Shown: one piece after another, positions 1 through 12,916 of the stretch
Position numbering within the stretch: position 1 is the first letter of the stretch
Layout of the letters: every line of letters starts with the position of its first letter
Origin: Squalus acanthias
Lineage: Eukaryota
NCBI GenBank assembly: GCA_030390025.1
Contig: CM059437.1
Location: forward strand, 4,092,001-4,156,000
Length of the DNA stretch: 64,000 nucleotides
Direction: 5' to 3'
Made by a program: the position numbers and the translations under genes
The notes under the pieces: generated by a model
The model's input: the letters and a program-made list of their open reading frames with translations, nothing else
Told to the model about the DNA's origin: nothing
Databases searched by the model: none

Positions 1-46
1 GATAACTTGGGAGAACTCTCCTGCTCTTCTTTGAAATAGTGCCATG
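1..46 (-). mobile_element. Truncated Deu-domain SINE fragment (opposite orientation to the adjacent copy)
   Basis: Reverse complement CCATGGCACTATTTCAAAGAAGAGCAGGAGAGTTCTCCC resembles the core of the adjacent SINE at about 243-280. Confidence 0.6.
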
Positions 47-485
47 GCTCAGTGGGTAGCAATCTCATCTCTGAGTCAAAAGGCTGTGGGTTCATGGTCC
101 CACTCCTGAGACTTGAGCCCTATAACCTAGGCTGATTATTCAGTGCAGCGCTGATGGAGCGCTGCACTGTCAGAGGTGCCGTCTATTGGATGAGATGTTA
201 AACCAAGGCCCCATCTGCCCTCTCAGGTGGACGTAAAAGACCCCAGGGCACTACTTGAAGAAGGACAGGGAGTTTTCCCCCGCTGTTCTGGCTAATATTT
301 ATCCCTCAACCGACAAGTAAAACAAATGATCTAGTCATTTATCTCATTGCTGTTTGTGGGAGCTTGCTGCGCGCAAATCTTCTGCCACATTTCCTACATT
401 GCAAAAGTAGTTAATTGGCTGTAAAATGCTTTTGATGTCCTGAGGTCGTGAAAGGTGCTATATAAATGCAAGTTATTTCTTTTTA
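45..485 (+). mobile_element. tRNA-derived Deu-domain SINE (SacSINE1-like), near full length
   Basis: A-box-like TGGCTCAGTGG and B-box-like GGTTCATGGTCCC head; Deu-like core GGATGAGATGTTAAACCAAGGCCCC...; LINE-derived tail TGTAAAATGCTTT...GAAAGGTGCTATATAAATGCAAGTTATTTCT. Family name from recalled consensus. Confidence 0.75.
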
Positions 486-934
486 GTACTGGAGGGACCA
501 CAGGTTTAGACACCAGTGACATGAAATCGTGCTGCGCAATATAACTGTAAAGACATGTTAATGTCTTCATATGTAATTCCTCTGTCTACTATTGTAACAA
601 AGACATTAATCCATCTAAAATAAAAGAGTTAAAGCCTCTGTTCGCATAGCAGAGAAGCAGAATTTCAGTCTGGTCATATTGTACAGTGTAATTTCACCCC
701 CTTTATCTCAGTGCTTGGTTGAGAAGCCAGAGGTGAGAATGCAAGATCTATGGCGGGGTGTCCAACCTGTAACCCAAGAGCCACCTGTGGTTCCTGAGCC
801 CTGGCAATCCAGCTCCTGAGGCACACAAGGCCTGAATCCTATTTGCATTTATTCCTTATTGGCTGGCATGTCTTGTTTTAATTTTGTGGACCTGGAGGTT
901 TAGAAAAGGCTGTTCATAAAGCCAGTCTCATTGA

Positions 935-1306
935 GAAATAAAGACAGGGTTTGATAGGGTAGATGCAGAGAAGATGTTTCCACTTGTGAGTGAGTCCAAA
1001 ACTAGGGGCCATAAATATAAGACAATCACTAATAATTCCAATAAAGAATTCAGGAGAAACTTCTTTACCCAGAGAGTGGTTAGCATGTGGAACTCGCTAC
1101 CACTTGGAGTAGTTGAGGCGACTAGCATAGATACTTTTAAGGGGAAGCTAGGTAAGTACATGAGGGAGAAAGGAATAGAAGGATATGCTGATGGGGTGAG
1201 ATGAAGTAGGGTGGGAGGAAGCTGGTGTGGAGCATAAACACCGGCATAGACCAGTAGGGACGAATGGCCTGTTTCTGTGCTGCAAGTTCTATGTAATCCT
1301 ATGTAA
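935..1306 (+). mobile_element. 5'-truncated CR1-type LINE (ORF2 C-terminus plus 3' UTR and tail)
   Basis: ORF 974-1204 MFPLVSESKTRGHKYK...RRNFFTQRVVSMWNSLP...FKGKLGKYM is the typical CR1 ORF2 C-terminus; tandem tail TTCTATGTAATCCTATGTAA. Confidence 0.9.
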
Positions 1307-1354
1307 ATCAGAACACATCTGTCAGTATCAGCAACTAGATATATACAAGTTAAT

Positions 1355-1523
1355 CAGAGCATGGGTTCAAATCCCACCATGGCAGTTTGAGAATTTGAAT
1401 TCAGTCTTTCAAGAAGCGGTTCAAGAAGGCGGCCCATGACAACCTTCTCAAGGAGCAACTAGGGATGGGCAATAAATGCTGGCCTGGCCTGCGACGGCCC
1501 CATCCCGAGAATGAGTTTAAAAA
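1355..1523 (+). mobile_element. Internally deleted shark-type SINE fragment
   Basis: B-box GGTTCAAATCCC at the 5' part and 3' tail GGGATGGGCAATAAATGCTGGCCTGGCC...CATCCCGAGAATGAGTTTAAAAA, typical of shark SINE/LINE 3' ends. Confidence 0.6.
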
Positions 1524-4500
1524 ACTTAACATGTAGCCTTGGAGGCTTCATAGTCTGTATCTGTATGGCCCACCGATACAAAGGCGTGGACATCCTTGCT
1601 CAATTAGACTGATGTCTCAAATACAGAATCTCCCCATAACTTTGTGGATTTTTAGCCATGGCAGTGATTCAACCAGCGCAGGTCGTTGCCTCGTACCAAA
1701 GTAATCAGTGGCAGATTAAACCCCACAATATGGGTTTCACATTCTTTATTCGGTAATTAACCTCTTCGGTGACATCATTAGTGCAGTATTACCAGGAAAT
1801 CATTTGCTGTATATTACTGGGAAATTCTAAGCACCCTATATATTATAACGGATTACATGATATTGTCATAAATATCTGTCCCATTACTTAAGAAAGGTCG
1901 CGACATTAATTTCTCAGAAACCTAAATGGTAATCAAGAATTAGATTACATCGAGCAAATATACTTTTGGCTCGTTATCAAGAATCATCGATTGTCGAACA
2001 AAAGGCTTTATTTTTTTTGGTGTTGGTTCTGGATTTCTGCCTTGCTGATAAAACCCAATAAAGCGAGTTGACTTAATCGCGGTTGGTTTTCAAGTCTCCC
2101 CTTTTACAAGTGCCTGATGTGGTTTTAATAGTGTGTGCAGACGCCCAGGGTGCAGAGCCAACAAATATGCTGCGAATCACATCTGTTTTTCTTCAAACAG
2201 GTTTTACTGAGTCCAAGCGTTTACACAGTGATAACCTTTCAACCCAACCCCTCCGAAAAGGGTTGGATTGTATTTTCACTCCGATAAAAAGAAGCAATAT
2301 GTAGAGAATAGATTTGGAACCAGAGGGAAACCCGTCACAAACACAGAACACCCTCAGATACTTCGATTTTTTAAAGTCCCATTATCATTTTCCTGATTAT
2401 TATATTTTTGGGGATGTGTGTGATTTGAAACACGATACAAACATCCTGCTGGCTGTTGGTCCTGTACTCAGGGGTTAATGCCATGCAGAAACTGTTTATT
2501 TTATTCAATGTTTAAGGTTTATATTTCACATCACCCGTTGAAAGTTTTCTCAGGCAATCAAGGCGGAAGTCTGAAGCGAGCGCGTCAGTTTGTCATAAGC
2601 TTTATTCTTCAATATACACCTACATTAAACATTTATATATCAGCTCTTGACACTGGCTTTTTCCGACATTAGCTGTGATTCATTTTCTGCATTCCTGCTG
2701 TCTCAGTTTATATTCATTGCGTCTCGTGTTTCGCACCTGTAAGGACACCATCAGCGACTCATGGAAACGCTGCTTCTTGTGATTGTGTAGATCTTTGGGT
2801 CCAGCCCTCTGCCAAGCGTTTACAACTTGGAGCTGGCCCTGAGGTTTGAGGAAATCAAAGTGCATTTTTTTCGTGCTGTGACACCCGGTGTTTACCATTA
2901 AAAGGATTCCGTTTATTCCCATGTTTTTCGCACGATTTTTTAGTTTGTTTTGTAAAATATTAGATTTCTTCAATGCAAAGTATTTCTTGCGCTACTTGGC
3001 TCAATCATCTTATAATACAGATATGTTTTTTTCTTGCTTGTAGTTGGCCAATGCTGTACAGTGCTCAGGTAAACAATGTTCAGGTAAACAAATAGCAGTG
3101 AAGTAGACAGAAAACTAAATATAGGACAACTCTAAAACCGTTCCAAAATGTTAATAACTGAACTTTGTACAGCAGAGAAACATGAACGGTTCTTTTGGCA
3201 ACCATTTGCGCAGAGAATATAGTGTCGATAGACAGATAGATGATAGCAAATGTGATATGGGCAGATAGCTATTTATGTTCATTTAAGCATTAGATAACAT
3301 AAAAAGATACAGAAATAATATATACAGTTATGTATATATGGGTGCATCTATGGATAAAATAAATTATATCCATAATATTGTAGTCTGTAGTTATAGTTAT
3401 CTGTAGATTATATATAAATTGTTGCCTACATATTTCTGTCTGTGCTTATGCAGATCTATATATTTATATCTATCTCTAACCATGTCAATGTTCCGTTATA
3501 ATATTCAATAGTGACGATTTGGTGAATGGTTACAGAAGAAAAGTGAAATTGACTAAAAGGATGACATAAAATGGAATTGTCACTGGCTGTCTCTTTAAAG
3601 GGGAAAGTCAGAGTGAGTCCACTTTAAGACTAACAAACGAAAAATTAGTTCCTAACTGGTGCTCCGGGATATTGTATATAAATCGCTGCTGAATATTCTT
3701 TTAAGGTTACCACTATTGGCATGATTTTTGGAAAGTCTGAGGATTTTCAAACAATTCAATGATAAACGCGGTCACCGGCTCCAATAACAGCAGCAGCGAA
3801 GTAACCTAGCTGGACCTGTAATAGATGGTAAAATAGTAAAGATTTAATTTCTGACTGGATCCGCTGGATCTTGCGGGGGAGCTCGTTAACGACACTTACT
3901 CTACATGGGATGCATTATTTCCCGAATATACACACATTCCCGTTCCATTTGGGGTGAAAGGTTGCTTTCGTATTGAAAAAAGTCGAGACTATTGAAAGTG
4001 TGAAGGAATATAACAGAAATCAGCGTTCAAGTGCAGAGTTAAAGCCAAACTCGCTCCCCAGCACCGTCCCGAACTCCGGACTCAAAACATAACACATGGA
4101 ATCAGAGTCACTTTAACTTTTCCTACCGAAATTATTCGCCTTTTTAAGGCTGGCTAATTTGATATTTTTGGACTATTGTTTAAATCTTTGGCTGATAGTT
4201 TCAGTAGAATGAGGGCTATGGTGTATACAGCGAGACTTTATTAGGGATCAGACATTAATTCTACCTTTAAACCAAAGTGAAAGTGTTAGCTGGTGAGAAC
4301 TGATAGCAACACTTCAGACATTGGGTCGTGTGCGTTCCTCTGGAAGCTAATGCCCTGATTATATAAATTGCAATGGGTTCTCAGGTTAGAATTGAAAACG
4401 AATACAAGTTTTAAGGTCGTCAGTAGGGATATTTGTGCCTGGTGTCAAACCTGAGGGAACGCTCTCCGCTTTGAGCTCCCCAATGTAACACCACAATGAT

Positions 4501-6953
4501 ATTAAATGCATGTATGTTTAAAAGGCATGCGCCTCGCAGATGATCCATATAATAGAAATGGTATGCCCATTCTCCCATATTTCATGACTGTAATTGTTAG
4601 TTCCTGCCAGAATCCATAATTATGATTACAGAAACGAAACTCAAAGGTTCCCAAAATATTAAGCAAAAATGCATGTTAAAAATGTTCTACTGGGGTTATT
4701 ATTGCCCGCTTTCTCGTAGTTCGATTACAAAAGTTGAGAATGAACTAACAATTTTGAAATTAAACCCACCAATTTTTCCACCCATTTCAATGTTCTTGTG
4801 TTCGTTTTATGATGTATTTCTAGCAACATTTATTCACCTTCTAGTCAGTGCAGAGAGGGTTCATTCCCATTCCCAAATACATACATAACGCAACAATTTG
4901 ACTTTTAATATCTTACCTTGAAAAGTTTCTTTGATGAGGGAAACCGCGGCGAGGTTTGTGTGATTTTACAATATTTCAAACTTTAGCTCTGGGCAAGGCC
5001 ACCTGCAACTCCAGTATTTCATTGATTATAGTTCTTCGGAGAGAGGGGCCCGTTCACCGCCCATTTCACCGTGAATGGCTTTCGATTTATATGCAGATAT
5101 AGATTTTAAATTTTTACATATTTATAATTCCTCGTTGCCTGCAATTCATAATCTGCAGTTCTTTCCCCTGTTGTATTCCTGGGATTGGGGTCAGTCCGTA
5201 ATAGATCAAAGGGAGTCGGGTTCATGTTTTAAAAGTGGAATGACCCGCTAATATTTCGGGGCGTTGGTTTTATCACTGTGTTTCAGTTTAAGAGTTTTGA
5301 AAATTTACCGACCGGTTTTTTAATCTATTGAAAGGAAACAATTACATTAAAATGAATTCACTAAAAATTGATCCCGAAATTGTTTTGTTTAACGGCCTAT
5401 TTTTGGTACAGGTGTTGGTGCGAGAGATCAGGACTCTAACCTTAATATCGAATGCAAGTCTTTCTTTGCTGAGTTAAGCCAGTTTAACGCGGTGTGATTA
5501 AAGGGGATAAGGACTGCCAATTATTTTTTTTATAAATGTATCACCTGCTCCAGAAACTAATAATAGAACACAACAACGCGAGTTATATATCTGCTAATTT
5601 TGAGTGTGTATTTTTAAGATTAAACATGAGCTCCTCGTTCTCAGTTTTATTTCACGGTGGGACGTAAAATTCAGGATATCTTAATGGAATCCAAGACTTG
5701 CAACAAATCTGCGGAATATTGGAATTGAGTTATAATTGTGGGCGATGGGATTTCGAGGTATATTTACGGGATGTGGGCGAACATTCATGGGATGTAGTTG
5801 GTGGGATATATTTATGGAATGCGGGGTTCTGATTGTGTTGGGGATTGTAGACATTGGGATATTCTGTCGATTAAGATGCCGTAGGTGACCCCAACCCTGG
5901 CCATTCCGACCTCGGATTATCCGTTTCTGCTCCCCAAGGTCCCATCACACCAGGAGGACCACCTGGAAAACAAGAGCGCGGGCCGCCGCCTTCTCTTATT
6001 TATAGTTATGAATGTTAGGCACTGTAATCTATATCAAATCAGCGCTTTAACCCGAGAAGTTTTGAATTCTGATGTGCCCTGTCAATTATTTAAGTGTGTT
6101 TATTCAGGGTATACCTGAGAACTCATTTTTAATGTGGAAGCAAGTCATCCTCGGTTCCGAGGGACTGCCTAAGAAGAAGAAGACACTCTGTCGGAATTAA
6201 AACACACAGTTAGAATCGTCTGTCTAATTATTTAAACAATCCTTCACTATCCGTTTTACACATACTGTACTAATCTAAAGAGGTTATGTAGAATTAGGTT
6301 CACATATAAAGAGATAGAAAGGAGATGTCTATCTATTTATCCAATTCACTTTATTTACACGTGCATATTTCGGTAAATCAAGGATTTTTGATCCAGAGTA
6401 ATCTATGTATGTGTCTCTTTATTTGCCAATCAACACTTATATAAAGTTTCTTGGAGGTGAGTTTTGGAAGAGATAACAAGGTACAATGTACTGATGTGTC
6501 GCATTTATTTTCCAGCCCAGTGCTGACAGGCTGCTTTGGTCGGGAGTGCAGTGAGTCCTCCTCCTGGAGGCGTGCGTTTGTTTATGCAAGTGTGTATGCA
6601 AATAACGGCGGTGGGAGCGACCCGACTCTCTGAAGTGAGAGATGATGATAACTCGGTTACCCTCCTTAGACAGGGAGCTGACACGCCGCATCCTTAACAC
6701 AAGTTCCTGACAACGGGTGCAAGAACTGCAGACACATCAAGGGATTTGGTTTTCGTATCTGCAATGTAGACAGAGACTGGAATTAAAATGAAGTAATAAC
6801 TGTTCACAAAGGGATTGTGATTTAAAAAAATGAACTTTTCACCCAAGAATAGAAGCAAATCCATGAATGGATATGTTCCACACTGCATTGCAAAGGGTGT
6901 TATCGGAAATGTCTCAATTCATATACCTAGTCGTATACTGTGTATGTATGCAT

Positions 6954-7004
6954 ATATATAAATATGCATATGCATATATACTATTTATATATATATATAT
7001 ATAT
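6954..7004. repeat. (TA)n / TGCATA microsatellite
   Basis: Visible TA dinucleotide runs. Confidence 0.85.
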
Positions 7005-7008
7005 ACAC

Positions 7009-7435
7009 ATGAAGAGAGGTGGGAGGAGGGTCGTGTGGAGCATACACACCGGCATAGACCAGTGGGGCCGAGTAGCCTGTTTTACATATTAGTATTTATT
7101 GCACAGAAACAGGCCATTCGGCCCAACAGGTCTATGCCGGTGTTTATGCTCCACTCGAGCCTCCTCCCACCCTACTTCATCCAACCCCATCAACATATCC
7201 TTCTATTCCTTTCTCCCTCATGTGTTTATCCAGCTTCCTCTTAAAAGCATCTATGCTATTCGCCTCAACTACTCCCTGTGGTAGCGAGTTCCACATTCCA
7301 ACCACTCTCTGGGTAAAGAAGTTTCTCCTGAATTCCCTATTGGATCTATTAATGACTGTCTTCTATTTATGGCCCCTAGTTCTGATCTCCCCCACAAGTG
7401 GAAACATGTTTTTGTGTTGTAACGTTCTATGTAAT
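7009..7435 (+). mobile_element. Short CR1 3' end, split in two (7009-7083 and 7407-7435) by a nested insertion
   Basis: Both pieces match the 3' UTR and tail of the copy at 935-1306 and join across a duplicated TGTTTT. Confidence 0.75.
7084..7406 (-). mobile_element. 5'-truncated CR1-type LINE, same family as 935-1306
   Basis: Reverse complement is highly similar to 974-1280; the antisense ORFs 7220-7489 (+) and 928-1161 (-) are near identical (ASTTP.GSEFH..TTLWVKKFLLNSLL). Confidence 0.9.
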
Positions 7436-7464
7436 ATATATACTAAACCTATCTCAGATAATAT

Positions 7465-7512
7465 ATTAGATAGAAAGATAGATAGATAGATAGATAGATT
7501 AGATAATAGATA
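7465..7512. repeat. (GATA)n microsatellite
   Basis: Visible AGAT tetramer run. Confidence 0.85.
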
Positions 7513-9068
7513 AAAAATACACATTATTCTCAGTAAAATATTTCTGAATTTGACCCATATTTTTTAGAACAAAATTGTGTCAGGAAATTTATTTTACCAG
7601 TTGACGGCCAAATAATATAAATATTTCAATAATATGCTCCCCAACAAAATATACGCTCAATAAATGTGTTTTAAAAATGATCGTCTGTAATCTCCATGAT
7701 CGCAGTTTTTAATGTCTTCTCCCACGGTGCATTTGCCCCACAAACTGAGCTAAAAAAAGAAAGGTTTCATGATATTTTTCAAAGAAAATAATCAACTTCC
7801 TACAAATTTATTGCTATAAGTTTTCTGTATGCGGGGCTTAGGTATCACAATGGAGACATGAGGCTGAGGTTTAGTTTAGATGATGCCGCATTGAATGAAC
7901 GGAAACTTTTAACTTTGTTTTAACCTGAATTTTGTTTCTGTGTCTTGACTGTTGATGGAGGCGGGAGGCGTAAAGTCGCCTCTGTTGTCAGATATTTCCG
8001 GGAACTTAAGAGAAAAATCTTCCAAGCCACATTTTAGTCTTTTCTCATTTAAATAAAATGGAATGAAATTATTTCTGACCGGAATTTGCGACGAGAAGAA
8101 CCTTTTCGTCAATCCTTTAAATGAGCTGTACTGGTGCTTCTCGTTCCTTAGAAGAAAATAGTCATCATTTGTGATAAATAATGCTTAAATTTCAGATGCT
8201 GTATTTTCTGCAGTAATTTCCTTTTCCCTCCTGTTTTTCATAATATAATGAATAAGAATTTATGGCTGTAATAATACATTGCTGGAGCAGTTCATCGCTG
8301 CTGTGTTATTACCGTAACGTCTTGTTTCTTTGATAGATGAGAACTAAGCTATTGTGACCCCGGTACAAAAAATAAGCCAAATGAGAACATTCATTAATGC
8401 AATAAAGATTCATCTGAGGCAGACTTTGCTGCGAATATTTTAGCGCTGTAGTGTTGAGTTAAATCAAATATTGATGGATTTTGATATAATATAGTGGGTA
8501 ATGTTTAAATAATTAAACTGATTGCACCACACATAAACCAAATAAATTTTTTGAAATATGGAAAAGAAAGCATTTGGAAATTTCAAAAATTACCTTCCAA
8601 TCCCCCCCACTTATTTAAAAAAAAGTGTTTCCCATTGCAGCTCCATGATCAATCCACTTCACATCAGATAAAGTATCAGTTTGTATAAATTATCTGATTT
8701 TAAAAAGGTCACTTATTATTAGGACTCTAATATCCCCATTTCCATATCCTGGGGTTGCGACAGGCGTGGCTAACGCAATCCATAAACCGCCATTAACTAT
8801 TCATTTATTCAGTGTAGATGCGACCTTTGACCTTCCCAAATCTAAATGAGTTGCTATTTGCTCTCTATCTTGACACTTCCAAACCTTGCTAAATCATTTT
8901 GAGTCTGGTTTGAAATAGAGGAGTTTTTTTTGTTTTAAAAGCGCATTGCCCTTGGACTGACTAGAGGGAGAGGAGAGAGAAGGTTCCTACTAGTCCAAAG
9001 TTGACCCTAAGCGAGGAGCTACCAACGCTTAATCAAGAGTGACCCAGACTGCTGAATTAATTTCGGCG

Positions 9069-9085
9069 TGAACTCTCCGTGAACC
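9069..9085 (-). promoter_or_regulatory. HoxB1 3' DR5 retinoic acid response element
   Basis: GGTTCA-cggag-AGTTCA on the minus strand about 5 kb 3' of the HoxB1 stop; same half-sites as the known Hoxa1/Hoxb1 3' DR5 RAREs. Confidence 0.85.
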
Positions 9086-11629
9086 AAAGACTGGAGAGAA
9101 GGAGAGCTGGCTTCTTGTGGCTGGCCCTGGGCAAACCTTTCAGCCTGAGTAAATATTGAACGAGTCCATCTGATGGCCGGAATGAAATGGCCCTGTCAGG
9201 CAAAAGTAAACTTAAAGGGGGTAAAACCACAAGGAGCTGAAAATTGTACGGCCACCTCCTCATTGTTTTCCATTCAGGTCAAACTCTCCTTCACCTGCCT
9301 GCTAAGTAAAGATACACGGAGGTGATCAGTAATTAAATTGAAAAGAGTAGTGCTGTCATATGACCCTCCCCCCTCCCCATTCTCTCAGTAACATTTTAAA
9401 ATCTTGTCTTTAACTGAAAACACAGGAAACAGCTGGAAGGTAGAACTAACTTGCATACATGCACATTTAAAAGTTTCATTTCTGTAGTTTTTGAAGGGGC
9501 TGAAAGTTAGATAATCACCGCTCGGATCTGCCCTTCTAAATAAATAATCTGGATTGAAAGCTGACAATTATTTTAATGATCCAAGACACACATAAGATAT
9601 GCAACATGGAATCCTGATGAATATGTAACTATCCTGCCAAAGTAACACTGTTGTGTTGAGTTTAGAATTTTCCTTGATTCTAGATTTCTTCTCTTCAATG
9701 GGACTGAATGAAAAAGTTATCCCGTTTGATTGTTTACCTTGATCACCTATGCATTATTCCCCGCACCCTAATCATATCCACGTGGGTTATTTGAAATGAG
9801 GATAAGATAGAAATAGTACTGATTGAGATTGTAAATTGCACTTTAGGCAATTCTAAAATCACGTTTCATACGCCTATGGGATAATCAGTTCTTCAATTGC
9901 CTGGTCCGCTATCGATCGCTATAATTTCTTTGTCATTCCCCCTCTCTGGTGCTGTGCAGGTTGTAGTAACCAGGACTGTACTGGACTCTCCCGACCAATA
10001 TTTGATGTAGCATTTTCAGGGAAATATTTTTTACGATAATAGACTAAATTGATAGATACATATTATTGAAGCTGCTAAAGGACCCTCGATGCTTAAAGGG
10101 CGAAATAGAAATGTCAGGGGGTTAATATCAATGAGGAGGAGCTGAAATGCTGAAAGTTATTTAAACTCTTGCATATTGTTGTTTAGTATTTTTTTAAAGC
10201 TGGTTACAAGCTCCACGTTTGTTTTTTGTTTTAAAAATAAAAACGCGTGAAGTTGCAGCCAATGCAACTCGGAGCTGGTGTAGCGAGAAACACACAAATA
10301 ACAAAGGTCTGTTGATAGTTCAAAGGGAACCGTCATAAATTTTATGAGCGCGGTTTGCTTTACATCAAAAGGCATCACATGGGGAGGGTAAAAGCTCCCA
10401 CAAAACAAGTGCAATTAGCACAAAGTCGTCAGGAGCAGATGGCTGTGGTCTCTGCTCGCTCAGGAGAGGAGTTAGCCCCTTTGAAATTACTTTTTTTTTA
10501 AAGAAAAACCCTTCCCTACAGCCATCAAGAACAAGAGACTTTCGAACCTTCGCCTTTTATTTATTTCCAGCTTTCCCAGGATGTTTTGGGGTGAATACCA
10601 GAGCCATTTCGTTATTTATTTATATATTTACAGGGAGGGGGTGGGGGAGGGGCAAGACCAGGGCTCTTACAACTTTTGCTAAAGTCACTCACTCCCAATA
10701 CTTTTTTTCATTCAATGAATTTCAAAGGCACGTTTGCAAACGTGTGGCATGAGAAGTATATCATTCACACCAGTGCTTGCAGTCAGAGGGAGGATTAAAG
10801 CTGTGTGTGCTTGCTTGCAAAGGAAAATAAAATGTTGATCTAAGAGGCCATGTACATAAAAAACGGGCAAACAGTATTACGTGGCAACATTGTACAGTCG
10901 GCGAAATGCTTAGATATTTACATTACAGTAACCACACACACAAAACCCGCACCATGGAGAAACCCAGCAGTTTGCAACTATTTCCGGTAACAACTCCCCG
11001 ATTTCAGTGGAAAGCTGTACTTGTCTTTTGTTATGCTCCGCACCACAAGCGAGATCAGAAAGGATTCCCTGGTTACATCATTGTTCTCCGGCACATATAT
11101 TCGATTGAAATGCATTGTCCATGCATGCGGTTTTACACAGTGTGCTGGTTCGGGCGAAGTTTGTAGCATTCTTAAGGGCACCTAGAAAATCAACATGCTT
11201 TCAAATGAAAATAACTGGAGGAGGCAACCAAGTTTACACTGAACATTTCTTTTCCAAAAAGCAGCACAGCTTCTCTTTAGTCTCAAGAATTGTCTCCCTC
11301 GGGCTCGCCAACTCTAATTCTTTCCTTCCTCTGCTTTTTAAAAACATATATTTGTTCTCTTCCCGAATCTAGTATATTTATACGACATTCAGGAAGAGAA
11401 CAAATGCATTTTCCCCAGTTTCAGAAATTCGAGCTTTGCCCCCTCGATCAAGCTGTCGCTGGTCTAACTTTTCTTGCAGAGTTTTCCGCGGAAATAAACT
11501 TCGCTGAAGGTGACGGCAGCACCGGTCAAACCTTTCCCAGAGATCTTTAAAGCGCTTTATTTGGCTGAAATATGGGGTAAAATGTCTCGAGCGTATGTTT
11601 GTCAGGACCTCTGTGAGAGGAGGTCTGGA

Positions 11630-11650
11630 TGTGTGTGTGTGTGTGTGTGT
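11630..11650. repeat. (TG)n microsatellite within a TG-rich low-complexity tract
   Basis: Visible TG run. Confidence 0.85.
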
Positions 11651-12310
11651 TGAAAGTGTGATTTATATCTCTGTACCTCTGTGTGCATGTGTATATAACT
11701 GTGTGACAGTGTGTTTGGAATTCATGTATTAATGTGCGCATTTTGTGCGAATCAATACGTGTGTGCGCGAGTGTAAGTATGTGAGAGGGGAACTGTACCT
11801 CTGTGTGGGATTCGACTTAGAACTGAACAATGTGTATTAGTATATATAGGTCACAGTGTATATGTTGGGGGGTTAATTTAGTTAGACATTAAAAAGTTAT
11901 GCATGGTTTTAAATTCGACATAGAAATCTGCTCGCTTCCAGTCACCAAATCATTTGTTTACTTGGCCAGTGGCTGTTGTAGAAAAGTGGTTTAATTTAAA
12001 TGAGTACATGTTCTCCATTCAGATTTATGTCATTAGAACTAAAACTAGCAATAGCAATAGAAATTAGAACCTCTTCTGGGTGATTACATTTGCATCAGTC
12101 CTATTTATTGCATTAATTGTACCCTACAGTTTATTCTGAATTTCGCCAGTCTCCCTGCCTTCTCTCACTCTCCCCTCTCTCCATTATCTCGCTCTCTCTT
12201 ATATATATCTGTATATATAGAAAGTTTGAGAGTTCTCTGCCTGCGATGGACAACGGTGTCATCTTCAGGCGGCTTTTGTTGACTTGTTTGTTAATCCCAG
12301 AGGCGTTTGG

Positions 12311-12324
12311 AGGTAAAAAGGTCA
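12311..12324 (+). promoter_or_regulatory. HoxB1 3' DR2 RARE (early neural enhancer)
   Basis: AGGTAA-aa-AGGTCA, matching the recalled mouse Hoxb1 3' DR2; 1.7 kb 3' of the stop codon. Confidence 0.85.
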
Positions 12325-12910
12325 CTGGTACATCCGGAGTTTGCTGTTGCATTCCTCGCTTCGCCTCTACATTTATTTTAAAGACGTGGCCGAGGAGTGT
12401 TTGTTTAATGTCGTTCACGAGGGATATTCACGCAGCAATGAGCGCTTCCTTTCAAATTCCAGCGAAGCTGAGCAGCATTGAAGGGGACATTTCTTGAAAT
12501 TATCCGCATTTGCAGACCCCGGATGGGTCTTTTTAAGCTGTTTGACTTTAATTGCACATTTTAAAGCTCTGGTATTTGTTTTCTAACGATTTTGTCAATA
12601 TAAGGTCAATCTCATGTGCTAAAAAGCAACCATCCAGTGATCTCGTTGTGTGCTTTGGTTTATTTATGGGCTGCCAACAGACAGATTACTGACTATAGAT
12701 TGGAATACTTCACAGTGGTCAAAGTGCAATAACTACAGGAAATAAAACATGGCTCCGGATCATTGTATTGTCATAGATATTATAGCTCCATCATAGACCA
12801 TCCCTAGAAAGATGCATCCTACATAACTTGCCTTGCGAATTTTGAGGGAAAATAGCCAAGAGAAATGAAAACAGTCAAGAAACAAAGTGTGTTATAATAA
12901 TCAATTCGAT

Positions 12911-12916
12911 TTTATT
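12911..12916 (-). terminator. Candidate HoxB1 polyadenylation signal
   Basis: AATAAA on the minus strand 1.1 kb after the stop, followed by U/GU-rich sequence. Confidence 0.55.

Noticed and set aside
5870-5962. Minus-strand GPP-GVM-GPW-GAE collagen-like peptide
   Set aside because: Only four Gly-X-Y triplets and an early stop; consistent with chance in GC-rich sequence.
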